A DNA stretch of 64,000 nt, taken from assembly GCF_009914755.1 (NCBI RefSeq), contig NC_060942.1; one strand, given 5' to 3'. Source of the stretch: the human T2T-CHM13v2.0 reference genome, Homo sapiens. Positions within the stretch are counted from its first letter, which is position 1, and each line of letters starts with the position of its first letter. The notes beneath the pieces were generated by a model. The model had not been told where the DNA came from. It was given only the letters and a program-made list of their open reading frames with translations, and did no database searches. Shown in pieces: positions 13,736 to 27,399 of the stretch. The position numbers and the translations under genes were made by a program.

Positions 13736-14729
13736 TATAGCTCCCTATTGAAATATGTGAAAAATGTAGAGAAAAAAAGACAATATTTGCTATCAAGGGA
13801 TATTTAGGCCTGAGATGCATAATGCTAATATTCAAAACATACACTTTTTAAAAATTAGATTTAAAATGTAAATTGAAGCAGGACATTTAGAAAAAGACAT
13901 AATGTCTACTACAAAAGTCCTGGGTTAGAAAAGTTAAAATGCTAAATGAAAAAATAATGCTTCTTGGGTGGCTTAAAATCAAATATGAGACAAAAGATTA
14001 CTCAGAAATTTTTCTAAGATTAAAAACATGTATACAGTTTCTTTGATATAAAATGAAATAAATGTCTGGATATAACTTTAACAGAATAGAATAGGGAGAC
14101 AAGGGCAAAGAGCAGGTGTATGCAGAATAAAGTGAACATATTATTGTAATAATGAGAGGGACAGAGTTGAATGATTGCTCTTGGAGACAAGGGATTTTGA
14201 TGTCTAAGTTAATGACAAATCTTTTGTTTGCAAGTTAAAAAATGTAACTTAAACCTGGTGAAGGAATAAAGGGTGGTTGGGGGGATGATTCTTTGTACAC
14301 TAAACTTATTTTAATGACTAATGAATTAATCATAAGTTCAAATGATTTTATGGAGGCCCTTTCTTTATTTGATATTTCTGGACTCCTTTTTTCTTTGTAT
14401 GTGCTCCATTTTTACCTACTTCAACAATTTTTACCCTCAAAGTTTAGGAAACACTGTAACCAAATGTTCCAACATGATGTAATCCCTGAAAGCATTTGCA
14501 GCTGGGGGAGTAGGGGAAAAGGGGTTTCTCTTTCAACAAATGCATGTTAATCTCAGTGAAAACTCAGAAGTTTAAACATGGTCCCCCTTGGGTCATGTGG
14601 CTACCCCAGGACCAATCATTGCACCAGACATAGGAGATAATCTCAAAAGTCAGGTTGGAGTCAAGGTTCTTCAGTGGAATTTCCACTTTAGAAATCAGTT
14701 TTGTCAGGCTTTGTGTTTGCATATTACAG

Positions 14730-15280
14730 ACATGATAGCCATATAGCTATCTATTCCACTTCCGGTAGAGATGAAAACCTAAGAGCATATGCCCATTCAA
14801 AGGATTTTACATGAATCTTCACAGCAGCTTTACTTGCAACAGCCAAAACCTGAAAACAGTCCAAATATCCATGGACAGGTGAATTTGTGACTTATAAACT
14901 TACTATGGTATCTGTATATAATGAAATAATACTCCCTAGTAAGAACAGAACAATTGATAGATGTAGCAACATGAATAAATCTCAAAAATAGTGATGCTGA
15001 GTGACCAGAAAGTATACATACCCTATGATTTTATGTGTTTGGAAATAAAAACTCATGGATAGTGACTGGAAGTGGATCAGTGGTTGCCTGTGGATGGAAT
15101 GGGGATAGGCAGGAAAAAGTGAGTAGAAAAAGCACAAGGAAACTTTGGTGGTAAAGGTAATGGATATGTTTGCTATTTTAATATGTTGTTGGTTTTGTAG
15201 AGCTACAAATACCAAGAATTATCAAAATGTACAATTGAAGTACGTGCAGTTTATTGCATGAAAATAAACCTTTTAAAAAT
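14730..15280 (+). mobile_element. Old L1 3' end fragment (L1ME/MD-like)
   Basis: ACAGCAGCTTTACTTGCAACAGCCAAAACCTGAAAACA...GATCAGTGGTTGCCTG...GTGCAGTTTATTGCATG motifs. Confidence 0.65.
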
Positions 15281-15555
15281 TAACCGATAACAAATTTACT
15301 TACATGACCAGAAAGGTCTTGAAAAACTCTCCTGTTTTCTCCCCTATTTTTATTCTTGCATGCCCTTATAGCCTGTGTTAACACATTTCTCATCTTACCA
15401 TTCTTTAGTGTCTACATTTCTCCAGGTCAATATAACTACCACCATAATTTCTTGGTTTCTCTTTAGTTCATTAGTAATTATGAGTAATGTATTGAAATGT
15501 TAAAGATATGTTCATGCATTCAGAATCCTCTGCTCTCTGATCCACATAATAGTGA

Positions 15556-15884
<329 letters not shown>

Positions 15885-16029
15885 AGAATATTGCTACTTT
15901 TGCAAATAGCTACAATTGACCCTGATCTGGACTTTGAGTTGATCACAGCTTTGTAAAAGAGGATAGCATTGTAAAACTACAAAATTAGCCTAATAATAAA
16001 TAACATAGAATGCTTTCAGTATAAGAAAT

Positions 16030-16295
16030 AATACTATCCTAAGCAAAAATAAATAAATAAATAAAAGTGGAGGAATTATATTATCTGACTTCATATTATA
16101 CTACAGAATTATAGTAACCAAAAGAGTAGGGTACTGGCATAAAAAGAGACCCATAGATCAATGGAACACAATAGAGAACCCAGTAACAAATCTACATACC
16201 TACAGTGAACTCATTTTTGACAAAGGTGCCAAGAACATACACTGGTGGGAAATGATGTTGAAAAAACTGGATATCCATATGCAGAAGAATGAAAT
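16030..16295 (+). mobile_element. L1 ORF2 fragment
   Basis: CATAGATCAATGGAACACAATAGAGAACCCAG...TTTGACAAAGGTGCCAAGAACATAC. Confidence 0.75.
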
Positions 16296-16412
16296 CAACT
16301 TGCCAGAATTATATCATTGTGCTTTGCATCTAGTTTCACTTTTCCAAAAGCCTATACAGATTTCAGATGTTTAGAAAATAGCTCTTGTTTTCCTTCTGGG
16401 TAATCTTTTTCA

Positions 16413-16555
16413 TATTTCATATTTCATTAGATTTAGGGATGATTACATTGAGGGGTTGGGACTAGACTGAAGGCACCACATCATCAATCACTTGGAAACA
16501 ATATTTTGCCTATGTGTTATGTTATATTGACAAAAACTTTTATTGTTGCAGGCAA
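16413..16555 (+). repeat. Second, identical copy of 13593-13735
   Basis: Exact match. Confidence 0.95.
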
Positions 16556-16709
16556 ATTTCCTAGGACCTCCCTTCTGCGTCTTTTAAAAAATGAAAACAA
16601 AATCAATGTAGCGCAGCAAGCCAGGGAGTCTGCTTTGATTGACTTATGGCCATAGTCACCCAGCAGTTCCTTCAGATGTGGCTTCCCAGGTCAGCCACTG
16701 AGCCCACCC

Positions 16710-17172
16710 CTGTCTTCCTGCCTGCAGAAGTGGCTCTGTGAGCCATTTGAGGAGAAAATGGGGGACTTTGGGCTTCAGCCCGAGGAGAACAGGGTGGAGA
16801 TGGAGGAGCCCCTGGGCGTCCGCAGGTTAACTGAAAACATGAGAAAACACAAGCACGGGACCAAGTCTGTCACTAACCTGTAAAAAACTCTCACCAAGCC
16901 GACTGGGCACTTTGTCTGAGCGCCTGCCTTTGCCACCACTGTGTGCGGGAATGCCTGGGGCACGACTGGGCCATCCCAGTGTTCTTATGTCTATACATTC
17001 CGAGGTTACCCCTCAGCAAAACGCCAGAGGCTGGCAGACACAGCGGAGCATCCTGCAGTAGGGATCCGAAGCCGTGGAATCTCCAAAGGACCACTTGACC
17101 GCGTCCCAGAATCTCCAGCTCAGGCCGGACATTGCCCAGAAAGCCCACATCGTCTTTGGCAAGACCTCCCGG
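16710..17172 (+). pseudogene. GRAMD4P7: GRAMD4 pseudogene fragment (intronless, with stops and frameshifts)
   Basis: From 16722: LQKWLCEPFEEKMGDFGLQPEENRVEMEEPLGVRRLTENMRKHKHGTKSVTNL*, versus recalled GRAMD4 LQKWFYERFGEYVEDFRFQPEENTVETEEPLSARRLTENMRRLKRGAKPVTNF; later WAIPVFL and [12 protein letters not shown] also align. Paralogue number inferred from locus. Confidence 0.85.
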
Positions 17173-17621
17173 ATTGTGGTTTTGATTTGCATTTCTCTGA
17201 TGGCCAGTGATGATGAACATTTTTTCATGTGTCTGTTGGCTGCATAAATGTCTTCTTCTGAGAAGTATCTGTTCATATCCTTCCCCCACTTTTTGATGGG
17301 ATTGTTTGATTTTTTCTTGTATATTTGTTTAAGTTCTTTGTAGATTCTGGATATTAGCCCGTTGTCAGATGGGTAGATTGCAAAATTTTTCTCCCATTCT
17401 GTAAGTTGCCTGTTCACTCTGATGGTAGTTTCTTTTGCTGTGCAGAAGCTCTTTAGTTTAGTTAGATCCCATTTGTCAATTTTGGCTTTTGTTGCCATTG
17501 CTTTTGGTGATTTAGACATGAAGTCCTTGCCCATGCCTATGTCCTGAATGGTATTGCCTAGGTTTTCTTCTAGGGTTTTTATGGTTTTAGGTCTAACATT
17601 TAAGTCTTTAATCCATCTTGA
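17173..17621 (-). mobile_element. L1PA ORF2 C-terminal fragment
   Basis: [34 protein letters not shown]...[19 protein letters not shown]. Confidence 0.95.
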
Positions 17622-17669
17622 AAAGTTAATAATAATAAAGATAATAATATGGAAGAAATTTAAAAAAAA

Positions 17670-18480
17670 CCTCCCAGAGAGCAGGAACTTGGTCGGGGCG
17701 CGCGGCCTGAGATCACCCCAAGCTCTGGGTGCCTTCCTATCCTTCTGCTTCTTCCTTGGCCGCTTTAGGGGGCGCGCCTCGCCGTGGGTCTCCCTGCGGG
17801 TGGTGCAGTGGTGCTCCTGGATGTCACCTCCAGGCGCTTTTGAGACTGCGGCAGGCACCGGGCACCAGGCACCTGCGGATTGGCCTCCCCAGACCGGGCT
17901 CAGGGACCTCCAGCGCTCCGCGGTGCGGGCTGCAGGCGACCTCAACGTGGAGCTGCTGCCAGCGCCACAGGCCCCAGGGGAGGCCCAGGATGCTGCTTCC
18001 CCGCCCCAAGAAGGGCAGTTTGGAGGAAAGTCTTTGGCCTGATGGAAGGCGGCGCCCATCGGGGGCGGGGCTGAGAACTAGGCTGGCGCCGCTGCCTGGT
18101 AAGCGGGGACCAAGAGGCCCACGGCCTCCATCAGGAAGCAGGTGCTTCTCCAAATCCCGGATTTCCAGGAGGAACAACGGCGTCAAGCTGGCTGACACCA
18201 GGAACACCCAGAAGTCCCCGCTCCTGTCTGTCCTTCCGCACTCAGGAGCGGGGATGGCCACAGGGACACCATCCGCCCACAAACCGCTGGCGTTTGTTGC
18301 CATGGTGCGCGGAGATGCGGTCCCCGAGGAGGCCACTTTCGGCCAGGACGCCGGGATCGTATCAGCGGCAGCATCCCGCGCTGACACTCAGTATTGACTT
18401 TCCCCGGACATTGCTGGATTTTTTGCTTTTTAAAACAACTTTGCAGTGGGAGAACAAAAAAGGGCATCCTCAGAGCTTTT
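17670..18480. promoter_or_regulatory. CpG-island-like block 1
   Basis: High GC with many retained CpGs; GC box GGGGCGGGG at ~18062. Confidence 0.6.
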
Positions 18481-18809
18481 GCAAAATTCTCCTGGACCTG
18501 TGGTTCCATGGTGTTCACCTCTGCGTTTTACGGACCACTAATTGGCCAGAGCTCCTAAGGCCTATAAGGGCCCCACCCAGCGCTTTAGACACCCCTGAGG
18601 GACATTCGCGGCTCAGGAGGATAAAGGTCCTCAGGGGCCTGCCGCGAGGAGGACATGCAGCCCCTCAGCCACCACATCTTCCTCCATTCCAGCCTGGAAA
18701 GAGAGACCTTGCCCTCCACCTTACAGGCCTTCATGACCTTGGGACCCACTCTAGAGGCCACGCGCATTTCCACTGCCAAAGCAATGACACGAGATGGAAA
18801 GAAATTCTT

Positions 18810-19111
<302 letters not shown>

Positions 19112-19185
19112 TCACTATATGCCTAAGTAATTTCTCTATTAGAGCCCAGAGTCGTGGGGCCCACACCGCCAGCTGACACATGAAA

Positions 19186-19760
19186 ATGTGGCAACGATGT
19201 GGTGGTGTCTCTGTGTGGCAGCGTGGTGGTGTGTCTGTGTGGTGGTGTGTCCGTGTGGCAGAGTGGCTGTGTGGTGCTATGTCCATGTGGTGGTGTGTTC
19301 ATGTATCTGCATGGTGATGTCTCCGTGTGACAATGTGTTTGTGTATCCATGTGACAATGTCTGTGTGTCCTTGTGTCCACATGGCAGTGTCTGTGTGGTG
19401 GTGTCTGACAGTGTGGAGGTGTGTCCATGTGACAGTGTGGCGGTGTGTCTGTGTGTGGCAGTGTCCATGTGGCAGTGTGTTTGTGTGTTCGTGTGATGGT
19501 GTGTCCATGTGACAGTGATGTCTCTTGTGTGTCTGTGTGTCCCTGTGATAGTGTGGTGGTGTGTCCATGTGGTGATGTCTCCGTGTGTGTGTCCCTGTGA
19601 TAGTGTGGTGGTGTGTCCGTGTGGATTTCTCCGTATGTCTGTGTGTCCGTCCATGTGAATGTGCCAGTGTGTCCATGTGACGGTGTGTCCGTGTGGTAAT
19701 GTCTCCGTGTGTCTGTACATGTGACAGTGTGGTGGTGTGTCCGTGTAACAATGTGGCGGT
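19186..19760. repeat. TG/GTG-rich low-complexity tandem repeat
   Basis: Recurrent GTGTCCATGTG(A/G)CAGTG and GTGTGGTGGTGTGTC. Confidence 0.9.
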
Positions 19761-20870
19761 GTTCCCTTCCCGGCTTGCGAAGCTGGCGTCTTTCCCTCTC
19801 AGCCCAGGACGCCCCAGGAGACCCCCAGCTTGGAGGGCAGGAGGTGGCTTCTGTGGAGGGAGGCGCAGGGAGCCCCAACAGCCGAGTTTGTGGGGTCCCC
19901 TGGGGAGTGAGGAGAAAGGCGCCCGGGCAGCCAGGACAAGCCTGGGCCTGCCCTAAGGAGGTGACCCACTCCGGGCCTGCATTTTGGGGCGAGCACTCCA
20001 GCTCTGTCATCTTGTCCTAAGTCCTTTGTGTGCCGTGGAGATTGCTGAGTTTTGAAGAAGGGAAGGTCATCTTTGTCGCGGAAAGCCTGATGTGTTTCTC
20101 TATTGCTGTCACTTTTCAGCCTCATCGCTGGTGAAACATCAAACATTGGGCACATTCTGCCAAGAAAACTCCCGGAAGAAAATGTGGGGACTGGCAGTAT
20201 CCAACCAGAGGAGTCACACACAGATTTCTGTTTGGTTGGAGATCGGCCGTTTTTCCCTGTGGGTGGGGGAAGCGGAGCAGCTCTGCAGCGGGAAGGAAGG
20301 TGGGTTCTGTGCGGCCAGGAAGGTCCTGGCCCGGGGCGGAGGGGCGAGAGGGGATGTGCGGCGAAAGGCTGTGCAGGGCAGCGGGCAGTGTGCATCGCCC
20401 CTACTGCCGGGCGCCCAGGAGGAGGACAGGTCCCGGCCTGGCGGGAGCAGAGGCGGCGGGGCTGGAGTCCCCACACCGGGCTTGAGGGCCGGCGGAGCCG
20501 CAGGCTGTGGCCGAGGGGGACTCCCGGGCACCTGGTGGGCGTCCCCATGACCAGGATACACACCGGGCTCCGGAGGCCAGGCGGACCAAGCTAGGGGTGC
20601 CAGGGGAGGCTCGAGGTTCCCGCGGCGGGAGGTGGGTCCCTGGACCCTGGTGTCCTGCTGCTGTCCCACACATGGGCCGCCTTCGCTCAGGGGCACCCCG
20701 CCAGGGTCGCCTATCTGGGACCTCAGCGCAGCTCCTAGCGGGCGGGAGGCTGAGGCAGAGACCTCGGGGCCCAGCTGGGTCTGCAGTTTCCACCACTCGT
20801 GACGCAGGGCGAGCTCAAGCTGTGCCGCCCAGGCAGGAAACCCTCCGACCTTGCCATCTTTGGCGCCAGC
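19760..20870. promoter_or_regulatory. CpG-island-like block 2
   Basis: High GC with dense CpGs and G-tracts, especially 20240-20830. Confidence 0.6.
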
Positions 20871-22839
20871 CTTGGTGACTGTCTCCAGCTCAGCTTCAAC
20901 ACCTTTCAACAGTTCTGTGTTCTCTATTATCACAAGAATTCTTTCTGTATTTCCTATCCTTTATCAAATAGGCATTTAAATATGCATATGGAGTGATATC
21001 ACAGTTGAAACATTAAACAATATACAATTTCATGTGTCTTTTTTTGTTTAATGTATAATTTTCTAAAAAGTAAAATTATGACTCTACTGCAAATATAAGA
21101 TAAACACATATCAACAATGTTTTTCAACTCAATAAGCGATGAGGGTTCCAGTAAATAGGTTCAAATCCTTGCAAGGAACATTAAAGGAGCTTTACAGCCA
21201 GTGTTAAAGTCAGATCGTTGGGTACTTACAGTACTGGTTAGTATCCAACATAGCCAGAAGCTGTCATCTTTGTGAGTTCTCTCTTCCATGGCACAGAAAT
21301 AATGTGTTTTTCTACTGTACAAAATATTTATCTTTTCTACTACTTCTGCACATAAAAATATTGCTAGTCAGAAAAGACCAGGATTGCACTGAAAAAAAAT
21401 CTCAGTAATATCTCTCACCTGTATTCATACTTCTTTTCTTCCTTTATGAAATATCTTTCAACTGCATTTTCTATCTGAAGGTTTATAGAGAGAGGAAAAT
21501 GAATAAAAGCATAGTAAGTGAATATTTGGTAACATTTTGCAGCTTTATTCATGTCTAATGAACATAAAACACACTTCCAATATTTAAAGTGTAAATGAGA
21601 TGAATTTGATATGTACATGTGCCCATTAAACAATCACCATGAAGGGGACAATGAGCATATCCAATACTCTCAAAGCTTCCTAGTTCTCTTTTGTAATGCA
21701 CACTCATACCTCTCAGGTGTGAAGTATTGAGCTTCACACATACACACAAATATATACTGGGATATCTAATTGTTTCAGAAGCATTTGTTGAAAATGTTAT
21801 GTCCATGAATGGTCTAAGAACTTCATCAAAAATTAGCTGATAGCTGATATACATGTGTATATCTATATTTGTACTACATTGTCTTAAGTATTACTGTAAC
21901 GTTCTAAGTCTTGAATCCAGGTGCTCTTGATTCTCCAGCAGCACCTGGTTTCAAAGTAACTGTTTCCTTTCAAAGTAATTTGCCATTATAGGTCCTCTAC
22001 CCATCGATGTACATTTCAGAATTTTAGTTTCTCAATTTCTAAAATAAGAAATCCAGCTGTGATTTGATTGGAATTCTTATAGATCAATGTGGGAAGAGTA
22101 GACATCTTAACAATATTGAGATTTATGACTCATAAATTCCATTTATTTAGGTCTCATTTATTTTAGCAATATTTTGTAGTTTTGTAGTTTTCAAATGTTT
22201 CTCTTTTTTGCTGGTTTATCTCTAAGTACATATTTTGATATTTACAATAATATCAAAATTATGGTAATATTAATGCAAATGTTGTTTTATTTTTTCCTCC
22301 ATTAATTGTCAGGTAGTTTCAAATCATAATTTAATTGTATGATAAAACTGAATTTTGTGAGAAATGTATACATATTGTATATATACTGTTTGTCAGTTTG
22401 GCAGATTGACTGCATTATCATATCATAATTTAAAATTGCACTAATTACCACTCAGCCTCCTCTCAAGGACAATATATCAAAATATATAGCATGTTTCAGT
22501 TTATTTCGCATCATGAAACTCTCATATTGCACTTACTTTTGGAAACCTGGAATAATAAAATAATGTAAATATCAGTTCACAGGCGACATATGAGTACATG
22601 CGACAATTTTCTAAATATCTACCTATCGCTCTTTAATTCTATGTTAATATTGTCAATTTTTTCCTCCTCTTGAAACTCTGTTATGCAGCTTATTGACTTT
22701 TGGTTCAATTCCTTCCCTGTTTTTCCCCCAATCTACTTTCTAATATTTTACTGATGTTGTGCTCCTTTTTATCTGGACACTTTTAAAAAGCTGTGTAATT
22801 TCTCCTTTGTATTAAAATGCAAATCCATATCCAAAATAA

Positions 22840-23340
22840 ATGAGCGGAGGGACCAAACAGATGTTTGTGCAGTGTGTCCATTAGCAATATTATTCACAAT
22901 AATCAAAGGGAGGGAGCAGCCCATGTGAATATTGATGGATGAGTGGTTAAACAAAATGTGGTATATACGGCAACATAATAATATTCAGCCTTAAAATATA
23001 TTCTCACACATGCTACAAAATAGTTGAAACTTGAAGACATGCTAAGTGAAATAAGCCAGTCAGAAAAATTCAAACATTCTATCATGCCACTTCTATGAGT
23101 TACTTAGTGAAATTTGTAGAGACAGAAATAGAATGGTGATTGCTAGGGGGAAGGAGAGGGAGAGGAATGGGAAGTTGGTGTTCAATGAGTAAAGCATTTT
23201 AGTTGGAGAAGAAGACAAGTTTTGGAGGTCTATGGTGGTGACTGTTGCACAATAGTGCAAATATACTTAATGCCACAAAACTGTGCACTTAAAGTGATTA
23301 AAAAGGTAAATTTTATGTTGTGTATATCTTTCCAGAATTA
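22840..23340 (+). mobile_element. L1MB-type 3'UTR
   Basis: TGAAACTTGAAGACATGCTAAGTGAAATAAGCCAGTCA...ACTTAATGCCAC...AAATTTTATGTTGTGTATAT. Confidence 0.8.
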
Positions 23341-24776
23341 TAAACCTGCCATCACAGTATAGAAATAGAATATATTATATAGCGTTAGGTGATGATATTT
23401 TACACATTTGCACATAATTAGAATTTCAAAGCCTTAATTTCAGATAAGGTAGTCTAAGACATAACAATATTGATGTAAGAAAGCCATAAGCAATGTTTAT
23501 TTTCAATCAGATTTACTAAAAAATTTTATTGAACTGGTCAATTTTCTTTGCCAATATTACTGTATTCTTATTTCTAGTAATAGAGGTGTGAGAAAGCATC
23601 AAGGAAACTTAAATTGCATTCTCATACTGACTGCATACAATAATTCTGAAAACAGCAGAAGTTATGTATATCCCCCATAAGTAAAACATGAGTAACACAA
23701 CACAACAAAAATTAATAGGAGACAATTCAAATAATGGTGACTTGTTATTCTTATCTAGTTAAGTACTATTCTTTTCTAACAGGAATTTGCTATTTCAAAT
23801 ATATTTTCTGAGATGTCTACATTTATATTTTGAGATGACATACAAACTTGAGTCAATGACATAGAATTTTACAAATCAAGAAGCTTATTCTGGCGCCATT
23901 TCTTTTGACATTTTCTCTAAACTACTAGAGCGGCATTAATGATCCATAAATTATATTATCTACATTTACAGCATTTAAAATGTGTTCAGCATGAAATATT
24001 AGCTACAGGGTAAGCTAAATAAATTAAACATGGGATAAAGATTTATCCTTAAATATAAATTACAAGAAGACTTTGATATTAGTTTTTCACAAGTGAAGCA
24101 TTCTTATAAAATGTCATAACCTTTTTGGGGAAACTCTGGGAAAAATGGAGAAACTCTGAAGGGTTTTAAGTATCTTTCCTGAAGCTACAGACTCCATAAC
24201 CTCTCTTTACAGGGAGCTCCTGCAGCTCCGACAGAAATGAGTGGCTGAGATTCCTGGTTGCACAGCAGAGCTTCTCATCCAAACCCTTTCCCTTTTTAGT
24301 GTCTGTGTATCAGTATAAAAGTTCTATAAACTGTAGTTACTTATTTTAATCCCAAAGCACAGTAACAATATATTTCATCCAAGGGTTGGCAGTTTCTGTG
24401 AGTGTTTTGTCTAATTCTCCAAAACTCTATCTACAGGATTCCAAAGAGCCTAAAAAGTAAAATATTTTAAAAAGGGGAAAGGGAGAAAGGGAAAGAAAAT
24501 AAAATTAATAGCCCATTCTGTCACTGTTATTAAACACCAGAGTACCTTTCTGCTAATCTAATTAAAATTAGTGACATCATTTAACATTTATGTCTTCAAC
24601 AAAAGTTTGGAATCCTGAAAAAGACATTTAATTTGCTAATAAATATATTTGAATCGAATTGAAATCCTTACATATTACTTTAAATAAAGAACACAAGATG
24701 ATTTATGATGTAGAAAATTCTATCCCTCATTGTCCAAAATCTAATAGTTAAATTGAACTTGTTAAATAATATTTTT

Positions 24777-25146
24777 GGCCAGGCATGTGGCTTACACCTG
24801 GAATCCCAATACTTTGGGAGGCAAAGGCAGGTGGATTGCTTGAGCTGAGTAGTTGCAGACCAGGCTCGGCAACATGGTGAAGCCCAATCTTTACAAAAAA
24901 AAAAAAAAAGAAAAAGAAAAAGAAAATTTAGCCGCGCGTAGTGGCTTGCCTGCCTGTAGTCCCAGCTACTCAGGAGGATGAGGTGGGAGGATCACCGGAG
25001 TCTGGGGAAGCTGGGGCTGCAGTGAGCCATGATTGTGCCACTGCACTCCAGCTTGGGCAACACAATGAGACCCTGTCTCAAAGAAAGACAGAAAGACAAG
25101 GAAGGAAAGAAGGAAGGAAGGAAGGAGAGAAAGGAAGGAAGGAAAA
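24777..25146 (+). mobile_element. AluJ/S with (GAAG)n tail
   Basis: Dimeric Alu with expanded A-linker and GAAG-rich tail. Confidence 0.9.
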
Positions 25147-26958
25147 TTAATAGTTTTGGTGCCAATAATCTTTATGGAATTTTGCTTTAATGAAATAGAT
25201 TTAACTAAGTAGTGACATGATCTGCTTAAGTGTATTGACCCTAGCAATCAGAGGCCTCCGTATCCCCACAATGACTTAACAGTTACATTTGACAAGCCTT
25301 GATTCTCCTAACCTACGCACAGCATAGTCAGAATTTCAGAATTCCAACTTTCCCTATGCTATTTGGGCACATTGCTTAACTTCTCTAAGACTTGATATTT
25401 TTACTCTTAAGATACTACTAATAATAGTACCTAGTTTTTATGATATAATGTGCATCAAAAGCATTATACTTTCAGGCAGATGGCAATTTCTCAATAAATA
25501 TTTGCTAATGTTTTAGTACAAACAGGAAAATTGGATTATGATATTTATGACACTGTTGATTCTCCTTCTCGAAACATTTGTTTCTAAAACTTGCTTTCAA
25601 ATTAGAGCACTATTTTGTATTCAGAATGAAAATACTATATGTTCAGATTTTTAAAAAAACAGTATTGCATGAATGTTTTAATTAAAATATTCCTAAATGA
25701 GCTTGAGGAAGGAGGACAGGGGAGATAAGTAAAATAAGGCTTTGTGGCATAGGAGACATTTGGTGGAAATCTTTCAGCTCAACTAAGATTTGAAAAAAAA
25801 AGAGAATTTTTATAAAAAATGTACAGGCAGGATTTACCCTGATGAGCTTGTGGAGAAAATACAGAGTCTAACATAATTCAAAAGAGACTAATCAGTCAAA
25901 GTAGTTTTGAAGGAATATCTTGAAGAGAGAGAACATAAAATGAAGATCAGGTATGTAGTTATTTTAATAATCTATCCATGAGATAAAAAGCATTGGGTTT
26001 TATTTTATTTGTCAAAAAGGGACAATAGTTCCAAGAACCATTCTTTGTTCAGCCTAAAGAGGTTTTTACATTTTGAACCAGCGACATATTGTGCTAAGTA
26101 GGATAATATCCAAATTTGTGTCTATATCAACAATTTTGTTCTCAATTAAAAACACTTTATTCACACAACTGATGATTTTCTGCATTTGATTTAGTGCTGA
26201 ACTGTCAAAGGGGGACTAACAAAAACAAAATATTAGAGTTGCAAGCAGTGTAAGTGGAAAATAATGATCATATTGAACTCATCATTACTGAAATAAGAAA
26301 ACAAAGCAAAAAATAAATAAGAAAAAAATTGACTACATGAACATTTGCTTCTCTCCTAAGAATCAAAACCCTTAATTTTCTGTGGCAAAAAAGCATCTGG
26401 GTCCATGAACCCATGCAAAAGTCTACTGTTTCTGGGAGATAAGAAGAAGCAAAACACATCAGCTTTCAGAGAAGGTTAAGAAACCTCTCATACCCTACCC
26501 TACCCTACCTGACACCAGGCAAAGGATCACTGCTTCTGGGAGAGGGATGCAAGAAAAATACTCCTCCATCAGGAGAGGAACAAGGATTGTTTTGGGGCCC
26601 AGGATTTTGCACTAATGCAGAGTCGTGCTACTGTGGTAAAGGTTTGGAAAGTCTCCATCCAGTGACCACAGACAAAGGTACATTGTTCCTATGGAAGGAA
26701 AAATAAAAGAGTTTGTCCTTATTGTGGGGTTGAAAACTTGCAATGATATAAATCAGAGGTTTTCTACTACTGAGGTGGGAGGAGGGTAAGCTATTATTTC
26801 TTCTGCAAAAAACAACACAGGTAAGTGACAGTTTGACTCCCACTAGAATAAGAGTCAAGAAGTGCTAAAAATACCCCTTCTGTGAGTGTCCAATGATGAA
26901 ACTGGCTCAAAAATAACATGAATCATCCCTCTGTCCCCAACCTTAATTTTTTGCCTAG

Positions 26959-26959
<1 letters not shown>

Positions 26960-26995
<36 letters not shown>
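26960..26995. repeat. (CA)n microsatellite
   Basis: Pure CA run. Confidence 0.95.
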
Positions 26996-26997
<2 letters not shown>

Positions 26998-27399
26998 GAT
27001 GTTCTACAGTTAGAGAGGAACAAGAAAGTGGAGAGAGACCCTCTCTATAACATAGGTTGTAAGGACTACCGAAAGCTAACTGTGGAACAGGATCATTGGC
27101 ATATGCTCTCCAGAGTCTAAGGCCCCACACAAGGCACATCATATAGCAGCCTACTGCTGGAGAAATCTGAGTTACATTGGTCACTGAATGTTTCAGACAC
27201 CGCAGCAAAAAGCAACCTTTGTTCCTGCCCACACTAATAGCATGACATAAAAATGAAACAGAAATATAAAACAATCTCGACATAAATAATTATCTCATGA
27301 TCTACTGTTTTTCTACATCAGATGATTTGCATTTTTTAGAAATTGGGAGACATAAAAGCAAGTTAGAAATTTGAGTTATGAGTTATAATATTTTCAAAG

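Noticed and set aside
17013-18059. 348-aa ORF, the longest in the window
   Set aside because: Chance fusion of a GC block, an L1 ORF2 piece and antisense GRAMD4 pseudogene; no coherent protein
19123-20933. His/Thr-rich and GC-rich ORFs of 147-295 aa
   Set aside because: Translations of the CA/TG array and CpG block; stop-poor composition explains their length
22613-22785. Possible further ANKRD26-like fossil exon on the minus strand
   Set aside because: Plausible splice sites and E/K-rich composition, but no convincing peptide match by eye
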